Virus record (IMG/VR): IMGVR_UViG_3300024996_000054
Location: 1 to 42,104 of that record
Length of the DNA: 42,104 nucleotides
Reading direction: 5' to 3' (one strand)
DNA from: a virus
Lineage: Duplodnaviria > Caudoviricetes
Shown: positions 14,672-24,715 of the stretch, piece after piece
Layout of the letters: each line of letters begins with the position of its first letter
How positions within the stretch are numbered: position 1 is the first letter of the stretch
Translations under genes and position numbers: made by a program
Notes under the pieces: generated by a model
The model's input: the letters and a program-made list of their open reading frames with translations, nothing else
Databases searched by the model: none
What the model was told of the DNA's origin: nothing

Positions 14672-16975
14672 TCATGGCTTCCTCCGGGTTGTCCCGTCAG
14701 GCGCAACGAATGTGGTGCCAGACGGCAAGGCGTCATACTCAGCCTTATTGCTGGGCCGCGCGGGGCCGGTCGGGGCCGCTGACGACGGTCCTTCCGGCAC
14801 AGTCACACTGAACAGTGCCCGCTCCCGCCTGTTCGCCTGTGGATCGGGGTAAACCGCATCCAGTTGCTGCTGGTGGAGTTGGAGCCGGGCGGCGGCCGCC
14901 TTCTCCATGATTCCGAGAAGACGACTGATCGAGCCCGCGTCCAGTTGGATCGAGCCGCCAGAGGCTTTTTCCGCGAACTCACGATCCGAGTTCGAGATCT
15001 GGTTGGTGCCGACTGTCGATTTCAGCATCGCAGCGACTTGAGGGGCAATTGCAGCGCGGAACGTTTCCGTGTTCTGGATCGCTTCCGGTTTAGTAACCCC
15101 AAGCAATGCTCCAGCCTTCTGCAAGCTAAGTCGGGCGTCGGCGCCAAAACCGGTGATCGCCCCGCCAGGGCCTTGAAGCGCGGTGCGAGCGTTGCGGAGC
15201 GCAATCAGGCCGGTCGCAGCGGCGCGCGCTTCCTTGGTGTTTTCCGCGAACAAGTCGAATACCTGCTTGTCCGAGCCACCGCCGACGTTGACGGAGGTTG
15301 CGCCTGCCTTAGCCTTCGCCGCAGCCCAATCTGTGAACGGCCGTGTCTCACCCTGCGACTGCGCGAACTTGTATTCCTGAACCAGCGTTGGATCGTCCGA
15401 CTTGTTCAGCTGCTTTTCCTTCAAGCGCCTATCGAGCGGCGCATTTCCAAGTGCCGCCCGCTTGGCATCAAGATCAGCTTGCAGGAGCTGCGCGTTGAGT
15501 GGAGCGTTGGCATTCGTTGCCTGCGCGGCACGCAACTGTTCCTGCTTCAGCGCCATCTCGGTCGGATCGCGCGAGGCAATGGCGACCTGCTTCTGGATGA
15601 TCGCCTGCGCAACCGCCTGCTGCCCCTTGGTCGCATAGGGGTTGCTCAGGATACGTTGCGCGGCTGCCAGTTGCGCCTGCGACATGCCGGCGGCGGCAGG
15701 CGGCGCGGACGGCTGCGGAGCCTGCTGCTGGGCGCCTATGGCCTGCGCGACCTGCTGGACGGCGGGGGGAGACGCCTGAGCCGGAGCAACCGGCATGCCG
15801 CGCTGCTGCACTGCCTGCGCAACCTGCTGGACGCCGCCGGGCGCATGGGGGGCAGTCTGCGGCGGGATCGAGCCGGTCGAGTCGCCAGAGAACCCGCCCT
15901 GCGGCATCATGCCGAGCGGCATGGCAGCCATGGTCGGAGCTTTCTGCGGCTGGAACTGGCCAGGGTAACGGTTCCAATCCGGGGCAAACGGAGAGCGCGC
16001 CACCGGCGCGGCCGTCGTCTGCGGTGGCAGAGCCGATTCCGGCAGCGCATCGGTCGCTACGTTCCCCAAGGATGCGACCTGAACCGGACGAGATGGCGGC
16101 ATAGGCATGCTGTTGTCGGCAATCACCGACCGCACTGGCGCGGGCAGCGAGGCCATATCAACGGACGGCCCCTCGCCAAGCTGCGCGTCTTGAGCCGCAT
16201 CCTGTTGACTGTCATAGCGGGAGAGAGTGCTGTTATACGCGCCAATCGCCTTGCCGGGATTGTCCCGAAGTCCGAGCCAGGTCGGGCCGAGAGCGCTCGC
16301 GATCTGCGGCGTGAAACCGTTCTGGGCGAGGTCGGCATTGAGGTCGCGACCGGTGCGCTTCTGGTAATCCTGCCCAGCTAGATAGAGCGCGGCACGATCC
16401 TGATTTTCGGGCGAGAACGTGCCATCACCCTTCACCGACGCAGGGAGGCTATCCCATGTCGTCTTGGTGAACTGATAGCGCCCGGCCGCGGTGGACGGGC
16501 CATCAGGGCCTGGCGCAGCGATACCGGGATGCTTGGCGAAGCTATCGAACGTCGCGCCGCCAGTTGGCGTATAGCGGACGTTGTATTTCCCGGCACTCTC
16601 TGGGCCGGCGATAGCGTTGAGAAGCGCGCCCTGCTGCGGGTCCAAGCCGCTTGCAACCGGGTCGGTCGACCCAGCCGCCGCAGCGCCAGAAGTGGATGGG
16701 ATGGAGGCAGGAGAAGAAGATGCTCCAATCCCAAGCGCGCCCATTAGGCCAGCGGCATCGGCATTTGCAGTTGCGCGGGCAGCCTTTTCCTGATCGGTCA
16801 ACCTGCCGTTCTCGAACCGGTCGCCCAACGCCTGTCCGATCGCCGTCAGCCCCTCACCGAAGTTTTTCGGTGCAGCTGTGGCACGGCCCATCATTGCATT
16901 GAGCACCTTTCGGCGCTGCTGCAACTCCTCATAGGAGAGGTTGTCGTCGCCGCCGAAGGCAAAGGAGAGAGCCAT
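14672..16975 (-). CDS. Ejection protein with lambda-R-like lytic transglycosylase domain
   Basis: LLNAIAGPES...YNV...HP...STAAGRYQFTKTTWD...FSPENQDRAA, then a long Pro/Ala/Gln linker. Confidence 0.85.
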   Translation of the reverse strand: MALSFAFGGDDNLSYEELQQRRKVLNAMMGRATAAPKNFGEGLTAIGQALGDRFENGRLTDQEKAARATANADAAGLMGALGIGASSSPASIPSTSGAAAAGSTDPVASGLDPQQGALLNAIAGPESAGKYNVRYTPTGGATFDSFAKHPGIAAPGPDGPSTAAGRYQFTKTTWDSLPASVKGDGTFSPENQDRAALYLAGQDYQKRTGRDLNADLAQNGFTPQIASALGPTWLGLRDNPGKAIGAYNSTLSRYDSQQDAAQDAQLGEGPSVDMASLPAPVRSVIADNSMPMPPSRPVQVASLGNVATDALPESALPPQTTAAPVARSPFAPDWNRYPGQFQPQKAPTMAAMPLGMMPQGGFSGDSTGSIPPQTAPHAPGGVQQVAQAVQQRGMPVAPAQASPPAVQQVAQAIGAQQQAPQPSAPPAAAGMSQAQLAAAQRILSNPYATKGQQAVAQAIIQKQVAIASRDPTEMALKQEQLRAAQATNANAPLNAQLLQADLDAKRAALGNAPLDRRLKEKQLNKSDDPTLVQEYKFAQSQGETRPFTDWAAAKAKAGATSVNVGGGSDKQVFDLFAENTKEARAAATGLIALRNARTALQGPGGAITGFGADARLSLQKAGALLGVTKPEAIQNTETFRAAIAPQVAAMLKSTVGTNQISNSDREFAEKASGGSIQLDAGSISRLLGIMEKAAAARLQLHQQQLDAVYPDPQANRRERALFSVTVPEGPSSAAPTGPARPSNKAEYDALPSGTTFVAPDGTTRRKP

Positions 16976-18351
16976 TATGCGGCCTCCTTGATGAGAGTTT
17001 TGCCGAGACCGAATGCCTTGCCGTAATCGACGGCCTTGTAGCCGCCGGGCATCTCGATCACCGCCTCGGGGCGCTTCTTCTCGACCTCCTGCGCCATCAA
17101 TCCAAGCTGCATCGGGCCGCCCGCCTTGTAGCGATACTGATACACATTCTGGCCGTCGCCAGTCTCCGCGACCTTCTTGATGTCAGTCTTCAGCCGACGA
17201 TCCGAGGCCTTGATCAGCCCGGCCCCGAGCCCGAACAGACCGCCAATCGTGGAATTCCACGAGCCAAGTGCGGAATTGTATTGGCCCATCTGGTTGGCAT
17301 AGTTCTGCTGGACGATGCCGGCATAATCCGTGGTCGGGATCGTCGGCTCTCTCGTATTGATGAAATTCGGTTGGCTGACCTGTGAGCCTGAGAGCAATGC
17401 CGAGATTTCGTTGATCGGCTGGTTCCGGGAGGCGAATTGCTCCTGCAAGGCCTGCTGGCGCGAGGACTGCTCCGCGTTGAACTGGGCAAGCTGGGCGGCG
17501 TTCTGCGCGGAGGCGACCTGATTGTTGTTCGTGGTCGTCGTGTTCGCGTTCTCGAAACCCTGCTGGGCAGCGGTATTGGCGAATGTGGCATCGCCGAGGT
17601 TCTGGTTGTACTGCTGCTGCTGCGCCGCGTTCTCGAACTGGGCCTGATTCTGCGCGAGGCCAGCAAGGCGAGACTGTTCCTGCCCGGCATTGATGATCGC
17701 GCCATACTGCGCATCGTTCTTCTGCTGGCCGAAGAGTTGCATTGCCCGGTCATAGGCGGCTGAGCCGAGCTTGATCCCCTGGTTGGATAGCTGTGTCTCA
17801 AGCGCAGTCTGCTGCTGCTGCAACTGCGGATTGATACGGGACAGCAGGGCATCCTGAACCTGCTTCACATTGTCGGCATAGTCCGTGCCGTAGGTCTTCG
17901 TGACATCGCCGGCATTGGCGATGCTGCCTTGCAACTGCGGGCCCTGGCCGAACTGCTGGAAATCCGGCGCCGTAATCTTCGAGGCATCCCCAGCCGTGGG
18001 CAGGTCGCTGAGGTCCATACCCTTGCCGAGATAATCCTGAAGAAAGGCCGACTGCTGGTTGGCCGTGCCGGCAAGGTTAAGTTGCGCCGCGTCGGTCTGG
18101 TCCTTGATCGCCTGCTGACCCGGCGACAGCGTGGTCGTCGCGGTGTAGCGAGGGATATCGTAGGTCTTGCCGCTGGTCGGGTCCTTGAAGCTGTAAGATC
18201 CGGTCTGATCGTAGCTCAGGTTCCCGTTGGGAGTGACCTGGTTGACGTTGCCGAGATTGGCATTGGCGATCGCCGTCGAGACGTTGGTCCCGGTCTGAGC
18301 GGAGGCCGTCGCAACAGGATCTGGAGGAGTGGGCGCGGATGGCTTACCCAT
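16975..18351 (-). CDS. Virion protein with C-terminal peptidase S74-type intramolecular chaperone
   Basis: MGKPSAPTPPDP start, Q/N-rich body, SDRRLKTDI...GLMAQEVEK...VDY. Confidence 0.85.
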   Translation of the reverse strand: MGKPSAPTPPDPVATASAQTGTNVSTAIANANLGNVNQVTPNGNLSYDQTGSYSFKDPTSGKTYDIPRYTATTTLSPGQQAIKDQTDAAQLNLAGTANQQSAFLQDYLGKGMDLSDLPTAGDASKITAPDFQQFGQGPQLQGSIANAGDVTKTYGTDYADNVKQVQDALLSRINPQLQQQQTALETQLSNQGIKLGSAAYDRAMQLFGQQKNDAQYGAIINAGQEQSRLAGLAQNQAQFENAAQQQQYNQNLGDATFANTAAQQGFENANTTTTNNNQVASAQNAAQLAQFNAEQSSRQQALQEQFASRNQPINEISALLSGSQVSQPNFINTREPTIPTTDYAGIVQQNYANQMGQYNSALGSWNSTIGGLFGLGAGLIKASDRRLKTDIKKVAETGDGQNVYQYRYKAGGPMQLGLMAQEVEKKRPEAVIEMPGGYKAVDYGKAFGLGKTLIKEAA

Positions 18352-18793
18352 TGGCGGCGTCCTTTTTCGTGTCGTGGAACCCGTTGGCCCGCCAAGCATC
18401 GTCGGTCAGGGTCATGACAAGTTCGGCCTCGTGACGGCCGCGCAGGCGCGGGATGAGGTATTCAGAAAAGCCATAGGCCTTGAGCATGCGCCGCAGCGGC
18501 TTGTCGCTCGGCCTGATCCGCATCGCGACCAGCTGGCAGCCGATCTGTTCGAACGGATAGGAGAACATCTCGAACAGAACCGAGCGGGTCAGCCAGCGCG
18601 GTGTGGTCGATGAAGCCGAAATCTCGATGACGCCGGCCGCCGGCGCATAGTTGTGGTAGACGATGCCCGCAACGAGAGTATCGGCATCGATCACAGCGAG
18701 CGCAGTACAATTGCCGAAACCGCGCTCACAGCCAGGGATATGCTGGGCCACCCAGCGGGCAACCTTGCCGCCTTCGTCGGGCAAGACGATCAA
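18344..18793 (-). CDS. Phage GNAT-family acetyltransferase-like protein
   Basis: LVAGIVYHNY...IEISAS...WLTR..L..MFSYPFEQIGC...GF.EYLIP. Confidence 0.8.
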   Translation of the reverse strand: MIVLPDEGGKVARWVAQHIPGCERGFGNCTALAVIDADTLVAGIVYHNYAPAAGVIEISASSTTPRWLTRSVLFEMFSYPFEQIGCQLVAMRIRPSDKPLRRMLKAYGFSEYLIPRLRGRHEAELVMTLTDDAWRANGFHDTKKDAANG

Positions 18794-20370
18794 ACGACGA
18801 CGCCCCCGACCTCGTAGGTATATTCGGTCGAGATCAGCTCTCCGTCAGGCGCGGCCCCGCCATTAACCAGCACGCGCACGGATGGTGCCACCACAAAGCC
18901 AACCCCAGCGATTCCGAGCCAGCGCGTGGATATCTTCTTGTTCCCGCCCGCATCCCATGTCGACTGATCCCAGATCGCGGTATTCCATTGCCCGCTCACT
19001 TCGCTCGACGGCGTACCTTGCGGGAAACTCGGCGTGACGTTGCGATAATCAAAAGCCGCGCCAAGCTGCGAAATGATCGGCGTCACCGCGCGGAACGTCG
19101 CCCTGCCGAGCCGCATGACCTTCGTGGCGCTGGCGGCGTCGAGGTCGTCGAACAGCCCGGTATAATCGCAATAATAGCCTGAACCATCGTCGGTTGAGCC
19201 CACTTCCATCTGCATGATCCGGCCGTCAGCCGTGCCGAAATAGGCATCTCCGTTGTAGAGAGCCATGCAGTGCGGATCCCAGCCGGCATATTTGGTCCAT
19301 GCGCCGGTCTCGAGGTTGACCACGAAGCAATAGGGCGTCTCCGTCGACAGCATCGGCATCGATACGATCGCGCATTTCTTGCCGGGCCATTTCAGGATTT
19401 CCCATGGCCCGGATTGTCGTGCCACAGCCTCAAGCTGCCACTCCGTTTCGATTCCGCGCGAAACCGACGCGAGCGACAGGGCCGCAACATCCTTGGCCAC
19501 GGCCTGCGAGATCGGGATCAGGCCAACCTCTGTCGCGATCAGAAGATCGCCGCCGGCCCGCATCGTCGCGCGCTGGCCGAGAGGGCGCGTCAGGTAATAG
19601 CGCCCGACGATGCCCCAGCTCGTGGAAACAGACGGATCGGAGCCTTGGAATACCGCGACCTCGCCCTTGGTCGAGACGAAGACGCATTTCTCGTCCGGCC
19701 CATTGCCGGCGTCGAGCGACCACGTTGCGCCGAACAGCAGGGAGCCGCCCTCCTGGAACACGCCCGCAAGGCTGATCTCGATTGCAGCCCCACCGATGCT
19801 GTCGACCGGCAGGCACCATGCCGAGCGCGAGCCCTTCTGCACGAAGAACAGCCGGTTCTTGTAGGTCCAGACATGAGAAAACGTCGAAGTCTCAACGCCG
19901 GTGATCGAGGGCGTCGATGTGCCATTGATCGGCATCCAAGCCGTGCCGTCATACAACAGGGCCGAATCGGTACCGTTGACGGCATAGAGGAAATCGTTGC
20001 CGACGGTGCCAAACTGCGCCGTGGCGTAATAGCCGCTGGTCTGGCCGACGACGTCGGCGTGCATGGCATTGGAGATTTCGAGGATCTTGGTTGCGTCAGA
20101 TACGAACAGCTTTTCTCCGGCGCCGCCGACATAGGTGAACATGCTGAGCGCCGCGCCACTGGCCACCTCGTTGATCTTGACCGACCCCTTCCTGAGCCGG
20201 ATTCCGGTCGAGGTCGGAAACCAGTTGATGAGTATCCCGGCACCGCTCGGCAAAGGAGCAGCCAGGTTCTCGTTGGCGATCCATCCCCGCACTGGCGCCG
20301 GAAATTTCTTGGTGCGCGTTTTCGCCTGCGCCTGTGGTGCGACAGCGACCCGCCTGAACGCCTGCCTCAT
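18790..20370 (-). CDS. Tail nozzle / packaged-DNA stabilization protein (P22 gp10-like)
   Basis: 526 aa, beta-rich, PAPVRGW start; follows the adaptor gene. Confidence 0.75.
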   Translation of the reverse strand: MRQAFRRVAVAPQAQAKTRTKKFPAPVRGWIANENLAAPLPSGAGILINWFPTSTGIRLRKGSVKINEVASGAALSMFTYVGGAGEKLFVSDATKILEISNAMHADVVGQTSGYYATAQFGTVGNDFLYAVNGTDSALLYDGTAWMPINGTSTPSITGVETSTFSHVWTYKNRLFFVQKGSRSAWCLPVDSIGGAAIEISLAGVFQEGGSLLFGATWSLDAGNGPDEKCVFVSTKGEVAVFQGSDPSVSTSWGIVGRYYLTRPLGQRATMRAGGDLLIATEVGLIPISQAVAKDVAALSLASVSRGIETEWQLEAVARQSGPWEILKWPGKKCAIVSMPMLSTETPYCFVVNLETGAWTKYAGWDPHCMALYNGDAYFGTADGRIMQMEVGSTDDGSGYYCDYTGLFDDLDAASATKVMRLGRATFRAVTPIISQLGAAFDYRNVTPSFPQGTPSSEVSGQWNTAIWDQSTWDAGGNKKISTRWLGIAGVGFVVAPSVRVLVNGGAAPDGELISTEYTYEVGGVVV

Positions 20371-21068
20371 GGCACGATCACGCCGGGATAGGCGATCTCC
20401 GCGCCAAGCCCTCCGCGCCGCTGTCTCACGGTTATGATGTTAGAACCGCGATCCGAGCCCGAGGCCACGGCAAGCGCGTCCTCATAGTTCGCCAGGTCCT
20501 CGGAATAGGGCAGCCCTTTGTTCGCCCGCCATTGCCAGATCATCCCAAGTCGCAAGACCCGCTCGTCCAGCACGAAGCTGTCAGTGTCCAACGTGAATAC
20601 GGCCCGGGCAGGCCCGGCAGCAGGTTTCACGATATTCTTGGTGATGTAATAGAACTTCACGCTGTGGCCGGCCGATACGACCGGGTTGATCTGGATCTGA
20701 TCTCCGATGATGGTCCATGCGCCGATCAACTGGCGAACGTTCTGGACCTGAAGTCCGAGCCACTGATCGATATCAGGGTAATGGGTGAGCTTGGCGAACG
20801 GACTGTAGGAGGGCCACAGGCTCGCCTTTTTGATCATGCGGAGGTAGTCCGCCGGCAAGGCAAAACCTGTCGCCACGCCATCTCCTGACAGCGTGGCGAG
20901 CGTCTTCAGCTTCGTCCAGTCGTGGGTATCCGAGCCGATGCGGGTCGCGATCTCATTGGCGATGCCACGCATCTCAATATGCTCGCGTGCCGTCGATGCA
21001 AAAACGGATTCAGGCACGTCGAGGCCGATGACGGCGCATGCCTCCTGGATCACGCTGAGGATCGTCAT
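20367..21068 (-). CDS. Head-tail adaptor / tail tubular protein
   Basis: MTILSVIQEAC...HDWTKL...LPADY...LGMIWQWRANKGLPY. Confidence 0.75.
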   Translation of the reverse strand: MTILSVIQEACAVIGLDVPESVFASTAREHIEMRGIANEIATRIGSDTHDWTKLKTLATLSGDGVATGFALPADYLRMIKKASLWPSYSPFAKLTHYPDIDQWLGLQVQNVRQLIGAWTIIGDQIQINPVVSAGHSVKFYYITKNIVKPAAGPARAVFTLDTDSFVLDERVLRLGMIWQWRANKGLPYSEDLANYEDALAVASGSDRGSNIITVRQRRGGLGAEIAYPGVIVP

Positions 21069-21080
21069 CAGCAGGTATCC

Positions 21081-21863
21081 TTACGCAGCCTGCTCAGCCG
21101 CAGCGGTCAGTCTTGCGTTGATCTCATCCGCCTGCCGGACCAGCGTGGCGTGGCTCGGATTGCCTCTGGGCTTGGCTCCGGTTTCGCTCTCGATCCAGTT
21201 CTTGATGTCGACGTCATCCCAACTGACAAAGGGCGAGCCGTCGATCGCGCTCTCGTCCTCTGCGCCGCGGTCATCGCCAACCTGGCGGGAGGGAGCCGGC
21301 GCCAACTTGGAGCGGATCGCTTCGTTCATTTCGTTGATCTGACGCTGCTGTTCCGCGATCATGTCGCGCAGCGAGACGTTCTCAGCGGCGAGCTTGGTGG
21401 CATCGGCGCTGCCAGAGGCATTATCGAGATAGGCTTTCGCCTGCTGCTGCATTTCCCGGCCGCCCATGCCGAGCATCTTCAGGTTGTTGCCATCGAGCGC
21501 GGCCAACGCCTCAGCGGTGTGAACGGAGAGCGCCTTCAGCTCCAAGCGCTTGGAGGCCGACAGGAACGGCAACTCACTGAGCGGCGTTCCGCTCATGGTC
21601 TGGGCCTCGTTGGCCTTGAACTTGCGGTAGAGGTCGGCAAAGCGCATCGCGTAGGTCGTCGGCTCGCGCGAGCCGTCAGGCTGGTCGACCACCTTCCACA
21701 CCTCGTGCGCCGGATAGACCGCGACGGTCTGCTTGTTCGCCGCCATGCGGATTTCGCAGACCTCGACCTCGTCGAAGATGGGCCGGCCGGCGGCAGCGCT
21801 CTTGGTGCTGTTCTTCACCGTGTGGATATAAAAGCGGGGGACGATCAGGTTGTCATTCGACAT
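21081..21863 (-). CDS. Conserved phage hypothetical protein
   Basis: SAAAGRPIFDEVE...GTPLSELPFL...TAEALA (HhH-like); within the head operon. Confidence 0.8.
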   Translation of the reverse strand: MSNDNLIVPRFYIHTVKNSTKSAAAGRPIFDEVEVCEIRMAANKQTVAVYPAHEVWKVVDQPDGSREPTTYAMRFADLYRKFKANEAQTMSGTPLSELPFLSASKRLELKALSVHTAEALAALDGNNLKMLGMGGREMQQQAKAYLDNASGSADATKLAAENVSLRDMIAEQQRQINEMNEAIRSKLAPAPSRQVGDDRGAEDESAIDGSPFVSWDDVDIKNWIESETGAKPRGNPSHATLVRQADEINARLTAAAEQAA

Positions 21864-21892
21864 GGGATAATTCCGTCTGAGGGAGTGCATGG

Positions 21893-21921
21893 AAAACCCG
21901 CCGCAATCGCTCGCGGCGGGT
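21893..21921 (-). terminator. Terminator after the capsid/decoration genes
   Basis: ACCCGCCGCGAGCGATTGCGGCGGGT-TTT on the minus strand. Confidence 0.7.
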
Positions 21922-21945
21922 CGTCATTCGTGCTTCGCGGCGATG

Positions 21946-22452
21946 TTAGGCGGCGACCGCGTCATCCATCCACGGGCGGGCGATCTCGAATTCGCCCGTG
22001 CCGGCGCCGGCAATAACCGAGGCGCACTTGGCGTTCTTGACGCGGTCGCCGGCCACCACGGTGTCATCCACCGCGCCGGCCGTCGCCGTGGCATAGACGT
22101 TGGCATCCTCGGCCATGGCCGCTGACGCAAGGGCAATGGCCTTGCCCTGGATCTGATACCAGCCGTATTCGTTCGCCACGGTCGGCGCCATGGCGACGGC
22201 AACCGGGCCGATCGCATTGGCTGCGAGCAGCGTCGACGAATAGTCGTCGGCGTTATAGGTCACCCACGCACCGAGAGCGGTGTTGGCCGCGCCCTTGAGA
22301 TAGATGAATTCGCCGGAACCATAGGCCGGGTCGACGGCGCGGATGATATCGCCGAGTTTCCACGGCGTGCTGCGGCCGGCCACGTTCGACGCGGCGAGAT
22401 GCGAGCCGATCGGCGGAAAGCCAAGGCTCGGGGTTTGCGGGACATAGGCCAT
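21946..22452 (-). CDS. Capsid decoration/cement-like protein
   Basis: GEFIYLKG...GPVAVAM...YGWYQIQG; directly after the capsid gene; AGGAGG RBS. Confidence 0.75.
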   Translation of the reverse strand: MAYVPQTPSLGFPPIGSHLAASNVAGRSTPWKLGDIIRAVDPAYGSGEFIYLKGAANTALGAWVTYNADDYSSTLLAANAIGPVAVAMAPTVANEYGWYQIQGKAIALASAAMAEDANVYATATAGAVDDTVVAGDRVKNAKCASVIAGAGTGEFEIARPWMDDAVAA

Positions 22453-22517
22453 ATCGGGCCTCCTGATTTTTCGGGATTACAACGGAACAGGAGGCGAGTT
22501 GCCCCGCCTCCCTCGCG

Positions 22518-23537
22518 TTACGCAGCCGGGTTGCTGTCGATCAGCTTCCACTGGAAGAGCGGATTGACCTGCGTCAGTTCACCCATGAAGCCGATGTACT
22601 GAACCACGGCGTCCTGGTTGATCGGCATCATCGAGCGCCCGATCTTGTCGAAGTTCCGCTCGGGGTGATACCGGACACGCAGCGAGGCCGTCTCCAGGCC
22701 ATAGGTGACATTCGACGGCATGTTCGACCCGATGCCGCCTTCCTGGACGATCTCCGCCTGCCGCCCGGCGCCGAAGTATTTCAGCGTCTGGAAGCCAAGC
22801 TTGCCGAGGCCGGTTTCGTCGTTGATGCGCTGGATCGCCACCGTGGCGGCGTCATACGCAGCATAGTGTTCCGGCGACATGAGCATGAGGTCAGCGCCAC
22901 GCTTGCCACGCGAGCGCTGCGTCATGATCTTGTTGAGCATCGGCCGGACGGTATCCTTGGTCACCTGCGTGCCGATCCCGGTGAAATCGCCGTTCGCGTC
23001 GAACACCGACGTGCGCCAGATTGGATTGTCGACCCGGCTGATGCCGCCATAGGTGCCCTGGTCGACAACGGTCGGGACGGCCAGCTTGAGGCCGCCGAGT
23101 TCCTTGCCCCCGAAGCCGGTGCCGTCAGAATGGAGCGAGGCATCCGCCACGTCCTCCAACTCGCCCTCGGCGGCGGCGATGTGGGCCTTCATCACGTCCA
23201 TGAGCTGGTTGGTGCCGGAATTGCCGAGGATTTCCTCATTGCTGAGCGTCACCGCGACGGCCACCATCTTGGGCGTGAATTCGGCGTCGTTGAACAGCTC
23301 GACCGGAACAGGGTTCAGGAAGTCGAAGCCATTGTACCAGACGGCCGAACCGGTCTTGTTGTAGAGCAGGCGCTCGCGGATTTTCGGGCCGCTGTAGCTC
23401 TGCCAGAGGCCTTTCCGCTTCAGGACGGCCAGGAGCGCGTTGGAATTGGAGACGAGGTCCTGATAGCCCTTGGAGCGCTCTTCCAAGGCCAGGGACAGGA
23501 TCTCCTGGTTCTTTTCGACTGAGGTGAGTTGGGCCAT
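22518..23537 (-). CDS. Major capsid protein
   Basis: 339 aa after the scaffold gene; DLVSNSNALL...DGTGFGGKELGGL...TYGGISR pattern; strong RBS. Confidence 0.9.
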   Translation of the reverse strand: MAQLTSVEKNQEILSLALEERSKGYQDLVSNSNALLAVLKRKGLWQSYSGPKIRERLLYNKTGSAVWYNGFDFLNPVPVELFNDAEFTPKMVAVAVTLSNEEILGNSGTNQLMDVMKAHIAAAEGELEDVADASLHSDGTGFGGKELGGLKLAVPTVVDQGTYGGISRVDNPIWRTSVFDANGDFTGIGTQVTKDTVRPMLNKIMTQRSRGKRGADLMLMSPEHYAAYDAATVAIQRINDETGLGKLGFQTLKYFGAGRQAEIVQEGGIGSNMPSNVTYGLETASLRVRYHPERNFDKIGRSMMPINQDAVVQYIGFMGELTQVNPLFQWKLIDSNPAA

Positions 23538-23558
23538 GGTGGCCTCTCCTGAGATTGA

Positions 23559-24683
23559 CTAGCCGAGCGCCGCGAAAGCGCTCTTCAGGGCATCGTCGAT
23601 TGACTTGGGAGGCGACTTTCTGGCCGGGTCTGAGCCGGTGCCGGGTGCGCCCGAGATTGATTTCGAACCTCGCTGGGTTTGAGCCAGGAGGTCGGTTCCT
23701 GCCGCTGCTGGTGCTGCGGGGGAAGGTTCTGCCGCGACCGGGGCCGGAGAGAGCCGTTCGGCCATCTCGTAAGCCTCCTTCAGATCAGCGGCCATGTTGG
23801 TAGAGATCAGCTTGGCGATCGTGCCTGCCAGTTCGTCGAAGCGCGGCTTATCGGCGGCGAACGACTGGATATCGCTCATCACACGATCCGCTTTCTGCTG
23901 CTCGAACGTCTGATTGACCGAGCCAATCTGTTGTTTCAGCGTAGCCAGTTCCTGCTGCAAGCCGATGATGGTGCGATCAGCCTGCGACTGGCGCTGATCG
24001 ACCGGCTGGCCCAATACATGCGCGGCAACGTCTCGCAGCGACAGCCCGACATAGTTACAGACTTCCTCGATGCCCTTGAGCGGATCGGCCATCAGGGTCT
24101 TTTCGAGCGTCGTATACTGCGTCATGGCCTGCTTGACGGTGGTCTTGTGCAGTTTGGCCAGTTCGTCGAATTCGCGGATTTCCTCGTAGGCTTCGGCAGC
24201 CGCACGATGCTTCTCGATCCCAGCTTCCATCTCCTTGATGGCGCGGTTGGTCTCGGCTTTCACGGCATCAGGCGCATCAGCCCATGCCGCCTTGGCATCG
24301 GGCGAGAATCGGGCCGGGGCATCGTTGGCAGGCGTCGCCACGGGGGCCGGCTTCGCTGTTTCCTGCTTGACCGGCGTCTCAGCAACATTCGCCTCGAGCT
24401 TCGGCTCACTGCCTGCAAATTTGCCCTTCTCGTCACGGCCCGGGCCGTCGCTCTTGACCGGCGCGGGCTTGTCCTTGCCCTCCTCAGCGCTAGTCTTCTC
24501 GACCTTCGCCGCGGCATTCTTCAATGCCTCGTCGATCGAGGGCGTCTTGGCCGGCTTGGCCTCCGGCTCCGCCGCAACCAGTTCCGTGCTGATCGGATTC
24601 GGCGGCGATACCGTCTCCATCTCGGCGGGCGCAGCGGTGCTCTCGGCCGGCGCGGGCGCGCCACCGTCAAATGCGTCTGACAT
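23559..24683 (-). CDS. Capsid scaffolding protein
   Basis: Charged/Pro-Ala N-terminus, RDEKGKF motif, helical body, SIDDAL..AF C-terminus. Confidence 0.8.
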   Translation of the reverse strand: MSDAFDGGAPAPAESTAAPAEMETVSPPNPISTELVAAEPEAKPAKTPSIDEALKNAAAKVEKTSAEEGKDKPAPVKSDGPGRDEKGKFAGSEPKLEANVAETPVKQETAKPAPVATPANDAPARFSPDAKAAWADAPDAVKAETNRAIKEMEAGIEKHRAAAEAYEEIREFDELAKLHKTTVKQAMTQYTTLEKTLMADPLKGIEEVCNYVGLSLRDVAAHVLGQPVDQRQSQADRTIIGLQQELATLKQQIGSVNQTFEQQKADRVMSDIQSFAADKPRFDELAGTIAKLISTNMAADLKEAYEMAERLSPAPVAAEPSPAAPAAAGTDLLAQTQRGSKSISGAPGTGSDPARKSPPKSIDDALKSAFAALG

Positions 24684-24715
24684 GTGAGGTTTTCCTGTCT
24701 GAGAGGATGCTGGGG

